A stretch of DNA of 35,792 bases, from NCBI GenBank assembly GCA_030595485.1, contig JAUVDE010000001.1:1-35792 (forward strand). The letters run 5' to 3'. This document shows positions 16,306 through 26,098 of the stretch, one piece after another. The notes beneath the pieces are model-generated. The model was not told the origin of the DNA, ran no database searches, and worked only from the letters and a program-made list of their open reading frames with translations. Both the position numbers and the translations under genes were made by a program. The first letter of the stretch is position 1, and each line of letters starts with the position of its first letter. Origin of the DNA: Draconibacterium sp. Its GTDB lineage: Bacteria > Bacteroidota > Bacteroidia > Bacteroidales > Prolixibacteraceae.

Positions 16306-17537
16306 TTCTTCTTAACCTTTTTAATTGCTTTTAATTCTCGTTGGTTTTCACGCATTAATCCTTTCCAGTTGTAATCGGTGTCTTTTGTAAAGTCTAGTGT
16401 TTCAACATAATCTCGTTTTTCAATTTCAAGAACGGTTATTTCCTGTCCAAGGAAATCCTGAATCTCGGCCAAAATTTCTTTTTCTTCGGTACTGCAAAAT
16501 GAAATCGCTTGACCTTTTTTATTTCCTCTACCCGTTCTTCCTACTCGGTGGACGTAGTTTTCTGCCACTTCTGGTAAATCGTAGTTTACTACAAAATCAA
16601 CGTCGGGAATGTCAATTCCACGGGCACTAACATCAGTAGCAACTAGCAGCATTAATTCGCCTGTCTTAAATCGACCCAGTGTCGCATTACGTTCCTTTTG
16701 TTCTTTATCGCTGTGAATTGAGTCGGCTTTAATTTCAACACGAGCCATTGCTTTTTTTACGCGCTCGGCTCTAACTTTTGTTCGAACAAAAGCGAGAATT
16801 TTTGCATCCGGATTTTCATCAACGAGCCTTTCCAAAAAGGCTCGTTTGTCGTCCATCTCAATATAAGCAACCTTGTGCTCAATGTTTTTAGCAACCGGAT
16901 TCTTAGGTGAAATTTGAATTCGGATTGGTTTATTTACCAGCGAATAAGCAAGTTTTTTAATCTTTGGGTTAATGGTGGCTGAAAAGAAAAGTGTTTGTCG
17001 TTTGTTGGGTAAAAAACGAATAAGGTCGTTAATGTCCTTGATAAATCCAAGGTCGAGCATGTGGTCTGCTTCATCTAAAATTAAGGTTTCAACCCTGTGT
17101 AACATAATGTACCCTTGGCTTACCAAATCGAATAATCTTCCAGGGGTTGCAACTAGTATATCAACTCCACTTTGTAATTTTTGAATTTGAGGCTCCTGCT
17201 CAACACCGCCAATTATGTAGGTGGCTTTAACACCAGTATTGTTGGCAATCGACTTAAAAACATCTGTAATTTGTTCGGCTAACTCGTGTGTGGGCGCCAT
17301 TACTAAACATTTAATACCATCAGCTCGTCTGTGCTTTTTGGCTTGTTGGATTTTATGAATAATCGGAATCGCAAATGCTGCTGTTTTTCCAGTGCCCGTT
17401 TGAGCAATTGCCAAAACATCTTCTCCCTTTAATACCGGAGGGATGGCTTTAAACTGAATATCAGTAGGTCGGCGAAATCCTTGTTTGTCAAGGTTCTTTT
17501 TTATTTCAAACGATATGGAATAATCCTCAAACTTCAT
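16293..17537 (-). CDS. DEAD-box RNA helicase (RhlE-like)
   Basis: Q motif PTDIQ, AQTGTGKT, PTHELA, TPGRL, DEAD, SAT, ARGIDI, HRVGRTGR; ATG at 17537 lies behind TATCTTTG at 17553-17560. Confidence 0.95.
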   Translation of the reverse strand: MKFEDYSISFEIKKNLDKQGFRRPTDIQFKAIPPVLKGEDVLAIAQTGTGKTAAFAIPIIHKIQQAKKHRRADGIKCLVMAPTHELAEQITDVFKSIANNTGVKATYIIGGVEQEPQIQKLQSGVDILVATPGRLFDLVSQGYIMLHRVETLILDEADHMLDLGFIKDINDLIRFLPNKRQTLFFSATINPKIKKLAYSLVNKPIRIQISPKNPVAKNIEHKVAYIEMDDKRAFLERLVDENPDAKILAFVRTKVRAERVKKAMARVEIKADSIHSDKEQKERNATLGRFKTGELMLLVATDVSARGIDIPDVDFVVNYDLPEVAENYVHRVGRTGRGNKKGQAISFCSTEEKEILAEIQDFLGQEITVLEIEKRDYVETLDFTKDTDYNWKGLMRENQRELKAIKKVKKKRKK

Positions 17538-17637
17538 AGCTCTAATTTGCTGCAAAGATAGTATTCTTTAGTCACTAGCTACAAGCACTTGGGCTCTGGT
17601 CGGAAACATTATTCAAATAACATTAATCTTTATTCAA

Positions 17638-18051
17638 TTAAAGTGTTGCCCAAATACGTGCCAGCGAAAAACCGGGGGCTTTTATTGTAAGGTCTAGAAA
17701 GTATCCAAATGGAGTTTGTGCTGTAATGAATTCCGCATTTTGCAGCCGTTTTTCAGCTAAGTCGAAAAGTTCTTTTGTGAATTCTACTGAAGCTTTCGAT
17801 TCAGATAAATGAGCAAAGGAGTGAAGAATTAAACGCTTACAATTGTTTTTACGTGCTGTCCATTTTAGGTGGTTAACCAACTTTTTTTCGCGGCTTTTAA
17901 CATCTTTTTCTTCATCATTTTCTTCTACTTGAATAAAAGCTAATATTGAATCTTGAAAGGTTGCACTTTCAGTAACCTCGGTTGCATTGTCTAAGTTTTT
18001 CTGAGCCGGAGTGTATCCAAATTCATCAACGTACATTACCAGAACTTTCAT
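17638..18051 (-). CDS. Free-standing archaeal-type threonyl-tRNA synthetase editing domain protein
   Basis: About 137 aa; FIQVEEND, ILHSFAHLS (compare archaeal YPYAHLS), TPFGY (compare APFGWY); alternative start at 18060. Confidence 0.8.
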   Translation of the reverse strand: MKVLVMYVDEFGYTPAQKNLDNATEVTESATFQDSILAFIQVEENDEEKDVKSREKKLVNHLKWTARKNNCKRLILHSFAHLSESKASVEFTKELFDLAEKRLQNAEFITAQTPFGYFLDLTIKAPGFSLARIWATL

Positions 18052-18087
18052 AAAAAACATTTTTTTTTAGTAGCTGAAAAATATAAC

Positions 18088-18558
18088 CTATTTACTGATG
18101 GCTTTGGCCAATAGTTCTTCGGCAAGTTTGCTTGTCCAATCACAAAGATCCGCAATTTCGTTATTTTTCAGTTTTGCTTTTGGGTGTATGACTCTATACG
18201 ATTTTAAAGGCATTGTACTTCGCTCGGTTTCCTGACACATTTCTTCAAGAATGGTAATTTTTTCAAATACATCCATGTTGCCCCAATCCGAAAAGTTCAG
18301 CTCATCTTTTCCTTCAATAACATGTTTATTTACCATTAAACTAACCGGCATAAAATGATACCAAGTATAACGCGTATTATTCGAATGGCAATCTAAACAA
18401 GCTTCTGCAAGTGTAGTTTTAATTTTGTCAGGTACTTGTTCTTGTTTGAAAATATGATTTGCTGTTATTTCTTCTTTGTTTTTTTCGGGTTGAAAAAATT
18501 GTAGCACAATAAAACTAAGGACAAAAATAATGCCCAGCAGTCGGACTATTTTACGCAT
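18088..18558 (-). CDS. Haem-binding (Haem_bd) c-type cytochrome-like protein
   Basis: N-terminal anchor; ACLDCHSNNT, WY, GKDELNFSDW, MPLKSY. Confidence 0.88.
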   Translation of the reverse strand: MRKIVRLLGIIFVLSFIVLQFFQPEKNKEEITANHIFKQEQVPDKIKTTLAEACLDCHSNNTRYTWYHFMPVSLMVNKHVIEGKDELNFSDWGNMDVFEKITILEEMCQETERSTMPLKSYRVIHPKAKLKNNEIADLCDWTSKLAEELLAKAISK

Positions 18559-18559
18559 A

Positions 18560-18946
18560 CTATTTACTTTTTACCAATGCTTCAGCTTCTTTCTTCGACC
18601 AATTAATAAGTAGCTCCTTTTCTTCGTCGGTAAGTTTTTTCTCAGGTTTACGCTCTAAAAACTTTTTTGGAGGCATTTCTTGTTCTTCAATGGCTTCGCC
18701 TATTTCTTTGTAGGCTCCGATTTTTTTTATAGTTGATAGACCATCTAGTTTTTTAAAGTCGAGTTCTTTTTTCGCATCTTCATTTTTTGAGTCGCTATTG
18801 TGGCATCCGAAACACGATTTATTAATGGCTGCTTTTACATTTTCGGGCATATTATCCTTTTTTGTTGGATTATCGTGTGCCGAAACGATAAACGACATGG
18901 CGAACAATGCTGCAATAAATACTGAAATAATACTTCTCTTTTTCAT
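18560..18946 (-). CDS. Haem-binding c-type cytochrome-like protein
   Basis: Signal peptide; SCFGCHN; distal MPP; LINW; 1 nt from the downstream start codon. Confidence 0.82.
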   Translation of the reverse strand: MKKRSIISVFIAALFAMSFIVSAHDNPTKKDNMPENVKAAINKSCFGCHNSDSKNEDAKKELDFKKLDGLSTIKKIGAYKEIGEAIEEQEMPPKKFLERKPEKKLTDEEKELLINWSKKEAEALVKSK

Positions 18947-19092
18947 AATATATTTATTAAGGTTAAATGATTCTTCAAACTGTAAACATTAAAATCAAGA
19001 TTTTGTTGAAATTTGAACTGTTTCTTCTCAGCTCAGAAAATTTATGTAATTTACAACCGTTTTACAAAAATACCCTACGAAAGCTGGATTAA

Positions 19093-21282
19093 ATGCGTTA
19101 CACTATAACTATATTTCTTTGTTTGCTATTCATTTCAACCCTTTCTTTCGGACAACTTTCTTCTGGAGGTTTTCCTTTGCAAGTTAATGCTTTAAAGAGT
19201 GCAGAGAAGCAATTTGTTCGAATGCCCATATTGAAACAAAGTGTTATTGATGAGGCTATGAATCGAAATGCCTCAACTGATAACATGTTGAAGGCCTTTA
19301 AATTTGCGCATGCATTCGAAGTTGATTTAAACCCTACCAATTCGGGACAATGGTATTCAACTAACGCAAACTATAATGTTTGGAAGCTTACTATTGAATC
19401 GAAAAATGCAAAATCGCTCAACCTTATTTTTCATAATTTTCAGCTTCCCGATGGTGTACGACTTTATTTGTATAATGAAAAGCTAAATCATTACCTCGGT
19501 GCTTTTACTTCGGATAACAACAAGCCATCTGAAAAATTTGCAGTAGCTCCGGTTGCTGGCGGTGAAATTACCATTCAATACGAAGTTCCTAAAGCTATGG
19601 GAACTCCAGCCGATTTTAAAATAGCACGAGTAAACCATGATTTTATTGGGATATTAAAATTTGATAGAAGACCATTTAGTCCTACAGTTGCCGGTGATTG
19701 TAATGTGGATGTAAACTGCGATTTTGCTGTTAGATGGAATGATATTAAAAATTCGGTTTGCCGCTTAATTGTTGATGGCGACGAAGTTTGTAGCGGAACT
19801 TTAATAAATAATACTTCCGAAGACCAGACACCGTATGTAATTTCAGCATCGCATTGTTATGATAAATGGGAATATGCTGAAACCAGTGTTTATACTTTTA
19901 ATTACGAAAGTCCGTATTGTGCGCCGCTTGATGGCGATCCAATGCATTCACTCTCTGGTTCAATTATGAAGGCTCATTTTGATAGTTTAGATTTTGCATT
20001 GGTACAGTTAGATGAAATACCTCCACCTAATTTCAGACCCTATTATGCGGGCTGGAATCGCTTAAGTTCCTTACCCGACTCTTCGGTAAGTATTCACCAC
20101 CCGTGGGGAGATGTGAAAAAGATTGCTTTGGACTACGATGAAGCTGCTTATGCTACATTTGAATCAAATTCGATAAAAAATCCTAAAAATGGGTCGTTTG
20201 AAATTAAACGGTGGGATGAAGGTGTGACAGAAAAAGGTTCGTCGGGAGGTGGTCTTTTTGATAATAAAGAGAACTTTATTGGAACATTATCGGGAGGAGC
20301 AGCTTATTGTGGAAATCCAGTTAGAGACTATTTCGCTCGTTTTGCAATGCAATGGGATTACAGCTCTGATTCAACAAAACAGCTAAAATATTGGCTGGAT
20401 CCCATAAACTCTGGCCAAGAAATTTTAGATGGGAAACAGTTTAATACAGGTGAGAATTTATGCAAAGCCTTTACCAACCTGACCGATTTTGATGAGCATA
20501 CAAATGTTGGATTGACTGTTTCTGGAGAAGATAAGGGATATTGGGGAGGAACAAATGACGTTGGTATTACCGAAATTGTAGAGCGTTTTCATATTTCAGG
20601 AAATGAAAGTTTGGATGGAATTGCCTTAGGTATAGGTAAGCTCGTCCAATCATCAAGTGCTTCGGATAACGAAATTAAGATTAAGGTATACGACGGTGAT
20701 AAAATGCCTGAGACTTTGATTTATAGTAAGCTAGTGAATATTAAGGGTTTTGCTGAAGATGCAATGAATTACATTGAATTTGATGAAACCGTTGAGCCTC
20801 AGGATACTTTTTTTATAGGTTTCGAACTTACCAATATTAATACACAAGACACTTTTGTAATTTATCAGTCGCTACGTTCCGAACAGGATTTACCAAACAG
20901 TTTTTTTTATAAGAAAAATAGTTCCTGGTACAATTTTAAAGACACAAATCCACAGGCTTATTCAATGGTTAATGTTATGGAGTTGGTCGCTTGTAATATT
21001 GATAATATAACCGATACGCCAATTGTTGAAATACCGGTGAATGTTTTAATTTATCCCAATCCAACTTCTTCAGAATTGGTTTTGGAATCGGATAATGAAA
21101 TAGATCCCACAAGTATTTCTGTCTACAATATAATAGGACAAGAGCTTTCTGTTTACCTGCTAAACGTTGAGCCTTACAGAGTAAGAATCAATTTAGATGG
21201 AAAAACACCAGGAGTATATTTTGTCCGATTTAATTACGACGATTCTTACGTAACACGCAAGTTCTCGTTTGTTCCCAAATAA
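19093..21282 (+). CDS. T9SS-secreted trypsin-like (lysyl endopeptidase-type) serine protease
   Basis: Signal peptide and propeptide; CSGTLINN, SASHC (His), DFAL (Asp), GSSGG (Ser); C-terminal IYPNP...GVYFVR T9SS type A CTD. Confidence 0.88.
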   Translation: MRYTITIFLCLLFISTLSFGQLSSGGFPLQVNALKSAEKQFVRMPILKQSVIDEAMNRNASTDNMLKAFKFAHAFEVDLNPTNSGQWYSTNANYNVWKLTIESKNAKSLNLIFHNFQLPDGVRLYLYNEKLNHYLGAFTSDNNKPSEKFAVAPVAGGEITIQYEVPKAMGTPADFKIARVNHDFIGILKFDRRPFSPTVAGDCNVDVNCDFAVRWNDIKNSVCRLIVDGDEVCSGTLINNTSEDQTPYVISASHCYDKWEYAETSVYTFNYESPYCAPLDGDPMHSLSGSIMKAHFDSLDFALVQLDEIPPPNFRPYYAGWNRLSSLPDSSVSIHHPWGDVKKIALDYDEAAYATFESNSIKNPKNGSFEIKRWDEGVTEKGSSGGGLFDNKENFIGTLSGGAAYCGNPVRDYFARFAMQWDYSSDSTKQLKYWLDPINSGQEILDGKQFNTGENLCKAFTNLTDFDEHTNVGLTVSGEDKGYWGGTNDVGITEIVERFHISGNESLDGIALGIGKLVQSSSASDNEIKIKVYDGDKMPETLIYSKLVNIKGFAEDAMNYIEFDETVEPQDTFFIGFELTNINTQDTFVIYQSLRSEQDLPNSFFYKKNSSWYNFKDTNPQAYSMVNVMELVACNIDNITDTPIVEIPVNVLIYPNPTSSELVLESDNEIDPTSISVYNIIGQELSVYLLNVEPYRVRINLDGKTPGVYFVRFNYDDSYVTRKFSFVPK

Positions 21283-21285
21283 TAT

Positions 21286-22953
21286 TTAAGATTGTCCGGT
21301 AAGTTTATCAATTACGTTTGTTACAGGATTATTCGACATATCAACCGGTTTGGTAACAGCATCTGTATTTGGTATAGTTGATTCATTTCCATCGCGGAAA
21401 GCAGAATAATGTGGAGAGAGAATCTCAACATTTGCAGCATTAAAAGCATCAAGAATATTTTTATGTAATTCAGAATAAAAATGAGCCATCTTTTTAGGCT
21501 GTTTGGTGTATACATTTAATTCATATTCAACATAAAAATCGCTTAGGCCCTTTTGTAGAACAAACGGTTTAAAGTCGCGGGTTAAGTTTTTTGTATTTTT
21601 TGCTGCCTCCAACAAAAGGGCTATCACGGTTTCCGAAGGAACATCGTATCCAATTGTAACATTGGTGTGAAGAATAATCCCAATGGAGCTGGCATTTTTT
21701 GAATAGTTCCATAAGTGGGTATTTATTATGGTTGCATTTGGAATGGTAATGTCTTCGTTTTTTATCGTTTTTAGTCGTGTAACCAATAGGTTTTTTTCAA
21801 CAATATCACCAATGGTTTCTCCTATTTTAACACGGTCACCAATGGCAAAGGGACGCATATAAGTAATAACAATTCCTGCTATCATATTAGCAATTGCCGA
21901 TGTAGAACCAAGCGTGAATAAAACTCCAACAAAAATGGAAACTCCTTGAAATGCTTTTGATGATGGTAAATATTGAACCGTAAAAACAAGTGCCAATGCG
22001 TATATTAATATTTTTACCAGATTAAAAGTTGGTTTCGCCCAATCGCGATGGAAACCATTTATTTTTAATTTGTCTTGTTCAATTTCCTTTGAAACATAAG
22101 TCAAAATTCGTAAAAAATAGCGGGCAATAATGAAGATTACAAAAATTGAAAATAGATTTGGAACAAAAGCAATAAATCCACTTACAACATTCTTAACGGG
22201 GTCTGCAATATAGCCGTAAAAGGTTTCCGCCAGACCTTGTGTCCAGGGTAAAAAGCTGAACATAAAAGGCAAGTAGAAAAATAGAATGAAAATAATAAGC
22301 GCAAACTTTACAATTTTAGAAACGAGAAGAAAAATGCTGCTTGAGTTATTGTGAATCAGATATTTGAAAAAGCTTTTTCGTTTTTTCTTGAGTCCTTTTT
22401 CATAACTATCCAACCTCTTATTGAGCCATCTGAACAACTTATTAATAAGGAAAATAATTAGAAACAAACCTGAAAAAGCCAGGAGCGTGTACACCACACG
22501 AAGTATCCAATACAATAGGGTAGCTTGTTCAATTAATTCGCTAAAAGTGGATTTAATTATTTCCAGGTGTTCCGTTGCAATTTCATGACGTGACTTTCCC
22601 AAAAAAGCTGCATCAGCTTCACTTACACTAATCAGCGGAAAATCGGAATATGAGATTATGGAATAGTTGTTTTTTTCTAAAATAATAAATGAGTCTGCCA
22701 CAATAGTATATTCATCAACCATCTGCTTAAGTCTGCTTGAGGCTGATTCTGCACGTTCTTCAGGTGAATAGGGCCCCAAGTATGCTCCAACAGTAAATAA
22801 GGTGTCATTGTCAAATACAACATATGCATATTTCGAATTGGTAATTTGTAACGTGTCTTTTTTATCAATAGCCAAACTATCGGTATTTTGTGCAAAAATA
22901 AATGAATTACAGGCTGTTAGTAGTAATAATATAGCAGTAAGATTAAGGCGCAT
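21286..22953 (-). CDS. MscS-family mechanosensitive channel with a periplasmic N-terminal domain
   Basis: Signal peptide; NMIAGIVITYMRPFAIGDRVKIG, ITIPN, VTIGYDVP, EILSPHY. Confidence 0.9.
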   Translation of the reverse strand: MRLNLTAILLLLTACNSFIFAQNTDSLAIDKKDTLQITNSKYAYVVFDNDTLFTVGAYLGPYSPEERAESASSRLKQMVDEYTIVADSFIILEKNNYSIISYSDFPLISVSEADAAFLGKSRHEIATEHLEIIKSTFSELIEQATLLYWILRVVYTLLAFSGLFLIIFLINKLFRWLNKRLDSYEKGLKKKRKSFFKYLIHNNSSSIFLLVSKIVKFALIIFILFFYLPFMFSFLPWTQGLAETFYGYIADPVKNVVSGFIAFVPNLFSIFVIFIIARYFLRILTYVSKEIEQDKLKINGFHRDWAKPTFNLVKILIYALALVFTVQYLPSSKAFQGVSIFVGVLFTLGSTSAIANMIAGIVITYMRPFAIGDRVKIGETIGDIVEKNLLVTRLKTIKNEDITIPNATIINTHLWNYSKNASSIGIILHTNVTIGYDVPSETVIALLLEAAKNTKNLTRDFKPFVLQKGLSDFYVEYELNVYTKQPKKMAHFYSELHKNILDAFNAANVEILSPHYSAFRDGNESTIPNTDAVTKPVDMSNNPVTNVIDKLTGQS

Positions 22954-23069
22954 AAATTTGTATTTTTGAATGGAAAAGAAGTTACAATAAAATATTCTAA
23001 ATGAAAACAGCCTTATAAAGTATTGTTTCCGTCAACTCATTTTTAAACAGTTTTCAACCCAAAACAACT

Positions 23070-23558
23070 TTATCTTTTAGGATGTTTTGGATGAAGATAG
23101 GGTAAGGATGAATGATGCAGGTTGATTTTTAGCGTGCCATCTTTGGTTCTAAAAACACCGAGCGTATATTCCACTTGTTTGTCTTGTCCCGACAAATCAG
23201 TAAAATAGTAGTTTCCCATGGCAACAGCGCAATCTCCTTTAAAAATAAAACCACCATTTTCAAACCGCACTTTTGTCCAGGGTTGCAATGCAAAACCAGT
23301 ATCTTCGTTGTAGGTTTTGTCGCCGCCAATAAAATAAGAAATTGCACTTTGGGCATTTAACCTAAATTGCTTGTGTTGGGCGCGGGTAGGTTTAAATAGA
23401 ACCTGTCCCTCGTGGTAGCCATAAAACTGTTCAACAAGTTCAATGGCAGCCTGTTTATAATCTTTTTTATCGAGGAAATTTTTGCCAATGTCTACAACGG
23501 CCTTGCCCCATTCTTTCTGAAAAGAGAGAAACTCTTCCTTGCTTATTTGTTTTAACAT
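23070..23558 (-). CDS. COG4337-like (iota-class, NTF2/SnoaL fold) carbonic anhydrase
   Basis: VLFKPT, SYFIGG, GFALQPW, VRFEN, AMGNYYF, VEYT, C-terminal LHHSSLPY; ATG at 23558 preferred over 23597. Confidence 0.75.
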   Translation of the reverse strand: MLKQISKEEFLSFQKEWGKAVVDIGKNFLDKKDYKQAAIELVEQFYGYHEGQVLFKPTRAQHKQFRLNAQSAISYFIGGDKTYNEDTGFALQPWTKVRFENGGFIFKGDCAVAMGNYYFTDLSGQDKQVEYTLGVFRTKDGTLKINLHHSSLPYLHPKHPKR

Positions 23559-23646
23559 TTGCTGGTTTTTATTTCTAAAATTACATATTATCAACATAAA
23601 ATTACTGAGAATAAATATGTTGTATAAATAACAGAGAGTCGGATAC

Positions 23647-25044
23647 TTAGTTCAATTTCTGACCAATTAACTGTTTAAGTCCTTTAATATCCATTTTCTT
23701 TGCAATAATTCTTTTATCCGAATCTAAGAGATAAACACCGGGTGTTTGTCGGGCATCGTATAATATTTTGAAGCGCGAACTATGGTCTTTGTCCCAAACA
23801 TTCATCCAGTCAAACATATCGTGCTTGGTCAAAAAGGTTTCCCATTCTTCTTTATCGTCCATGGAATAAATGGCAAAAACTTGCAGGCCTTTATCTTTAT
23901 TTGGCAGGTACACATCCTTATAAAATTCGGGTACAAATACTTTGCAGTGCGAGCAGTTTGGTTCGTATATAAGAACTGCTGTGAGTTCCGATTCAACTTG
24001 ATGAAGCTTATAAAATTCACCATCGAAACTTTCAAGTGTTAAATCGGGTGCAGTTTTGCCAAGCAAATTGTCCTTCATGAAAAGAACATTTTCTCTTATC
24101 TTTTTCATCGATTCGTCGCTTGCCCAAAATGCTTCGCCGGTAAAATAATAATCGTTGGCAATGTCAACAAATAGCGCATCCATTCCCATAATTTTACTGT
24201 TTATACTACCATTTAAAAAAAAGGAAGTAGCAAACTGGAAAATCCGTTTACTGGGTTTTACATCGTCCAAGAACTGGTATACGTATGGTTTAACTGAGTC
24301 GTATGCCGGATATAAAACTTTATTGAACCAAGTAGTTAGCTTTGGTTTGTAAAATGGTGTGTATAAAAGACGCTCATCGGTATAATTAAAATTGTCCCAA
24401 AAATGCTCGTGCTGATATTTAAAACGTGCATGCAAAAGCAATGAATCGTCATTCTGAACCTCTAAAGGCAAGGTGGTAACATCAAGTGCTGGAACATAAT
24501 TAGCGACTAAAAATTGGTGTACAAAGGAGTTGGGGTGTTTCTCACCAACACTTTCCCAGTAACTATACATTTCTTTGTTCAGCCCATTCATTTTATCTCG
24601 AATCAGGATTTTATCATCTTCACTTGTAGCCGATTTAAGTTGATTGTTTAAATCGGCACCCCGCTTTTTTAAGCCTTCAATAAAAATTAGATAGTTAACC
24701 AAAGCTTCAGTTTCTGGAGCACCGGTAACTTTCATTTCAAACGATTTATAGGACTTATTGGAAAGACTAAATTGCTGGTCGTCCCCTATCAGAAAATCAA
24801 AATGATGGTCCTTGTCAATATATACTTTGTATAATCCTTGCGGAAGGAGTGTATCTCCTTGCCATACACCAATGCCATTGTTATCCAACAAACAAGTATC
24901 TTTTATGTAAATATTGTCGAGGAAATGATAAGCCAATTGCACTTTTTGATTCGCAGCCAAAGGCAGTTGAAGCTCGATTTTATAATTTTGACTAAAAACC
25001 TGAGTCGAAAACAGAATTAAAAGTAGTAGTAGTGTTCGTGCCAT
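23647..25044 (-). CDS. Exported DUF5106/thioredoxin-like (TlpA/redoxin) protein
   Basis: Signal peptide; HFWDNF; GKTAPD; CSHC CxxC motif; TPGVYLLD. Confidence 0.82.
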   Translation of the reverse strand: MARTLLLLLILFSTQVFSQNYKIELQLPLAANQKVQLAYHFLDNIYIKDTCLLDNNGIGVWQGDTLLPQGLYKVYIDKDHHFDFLIGDDQQFSLSNKSYKSFEMKVTGAPETEALVNYLIFIEGLKKRGADLNNQLKSATSEDDKILIRDKMNGLNKEMYSYWESVGEKHPNSFVHQFLVANYVPALDVTTLPLEVQNDDSLLLHARFKYQHEHFWDNFNYTDERLLYTPFYKPKLTTWFNKVLYPAYDSVKPYVYQFLDDVKPSKRIFQFATSFFLNGSINSKIMGMDALFVDIANDYYFTGEAFWASDESMKKIRENVLFMKDNLLGKTAPDLTLESFDGEFYKLHQVESELTAVLIYEPNCSHCKVFVPEFYKDVYLPNKDKGLQVFAIYSMDDKEEWETFLTKHDMFDWMNVWDKDHSSRFKILYDARQTPGVYLLDSDKRIIAKKMDIKGLKQLIGQKLN

Positions 25045-25076
25045 ATTTATAGTAATACGAGGCTAAAATTATAATA

Positions 25077-25092
25077 TTTAGTTTAAACTAAA
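25077..25092. promoter_or_regulatory. Perfect 16-bp palindrome, candidate operator
   Basis: TTTAGTTTAAACTAAA in the divergent gap, next to the TAGATTTG promoter element at 25102-25109. Confidence 0.45.
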
Positions 25093-25152
25093 GTTTTTAG
25101 ATAGATTTGTTCCCATTCTTTTTTAGTTTCAAGCCATAATTATACTGAATTT

Positions 25153-26055
25153 ATGCTGTCGGTAAATATTCCTGTTTATAACATTAAAGTAGTAAGCCTG
25201 GTAAAGGAGTTAGTGGCTCAGGCCAACGATTTAAAAATTGATTTTGAGGTGCGCGTGTACGACGATGGGTCAGACGAGATTATTAAATCGCTAAACAAGA
25301 ATATTGCTGAAATCCCACAAGTGGTTTATGTTGAATTAAAAGAGAATTTGGGGCGCTCGGCCATTCGGAATAAAATGGGTTTTGAATCGCAGTTTGCCAA
25401 CTTACTTTTTATTGATGCCGATTCGTTATTGATTGATGAAAGTTACCTTCATGATTTTATTCAGCACTTAAAACCGGGGCGTATATTATGTGGCGGAACT
25501 GCTTATTCGGCTAAAAAACCTGCCGATGAGCGAAAGCTTTTACGTTGGGTTTACGGGCAAAAACGGGAGGCTGTTTCGGCTGAAAAACGAAATCGTAATA
25601 AAGGATTTATTATTACATCGAATAACTTTTTAATTGAAAAGAAAGTTTTTGAGAAGGTACATTTTAGAGAGAACCTGAGAAACTACGGACACGAAGACAC
25701 TTTGTTGGGCTATGATTTATTCAATAATGATTTTGAACTGTTTCATATTCAAAACCCAGTAGAACATACCGGTTTAGAGAGTTCGCATCTTTTTATTCAG
25801 AAAACAAAAGCAGCACTAAAAAATCTTCAGCTTGTTTCGGAAGTTTTATTGGAAGGTGATAAGAAGTTCCGCAAACAGGTGAATTTCTTGAAAATGTATT
25901 CCCGATTAACTCTTCTTATTCCCGGCTCATTTTTTCGGTGGTGTTTTAATAAATACGAAGAGCGTATGGAAAGTAACTTGAAAAGCCAAAGTCCAAGTTT
26001 GCGTTGTTTCGATTTTTATAAACTTACTTATTATTCAACATTAAAAAACCGCTGA
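25153..26055 (+). CDS. Glycosyltransferase family 2
   Basis: LSVNIPVYN, DDGS, NLGRSAIRN, FIDAD (DxD), YGHED. Confidence 0.92.
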   Translation: MLSVNIPVYNIKVVSLVKELVAQANDLKIDFEVRVYDDGSDEIIKSLNKNIAEIPQVVYVELKENLGRSAIRNKMGFESQFANLLFIDADSLLIDESYLHDFIQHLKPGRILCGGTAYSAKKPADERKLLRWVYGQKREAVSAEKRNRNKGFIITSNNFLIEKKVFEKVHFRENLRNYGHEDTLLGYDLFNNDFELFHIQNPVEHTGLESSHLFIQKTKAALKNLQLVSEVLLEGDKKFRKQVNFLKMYSRLTLLIPGSFFRWCFNKYEERMESNLKSQSPSLRCFDFYKLTYYSTLKNR

Positions 26056-26077
26056 CAGTGGTTTGCCAACGGTTTTT
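26043..26077. terminator. Bidirectional intrinsic terminator (imperfect stem)
   Basis: AAAAAACCG...CGGTTTTT between convergent genes. Confidence 0.65.
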
Positions 26078-26098
26078 GTTATTATTATCTTGTGAAGA

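Noticed and set aside
16293-17537. Helicase as part of an anti-phage system
   Set aside because: Ordinary compact DEAD-box helicase with its own promoter and no nuclease or defence neighbours
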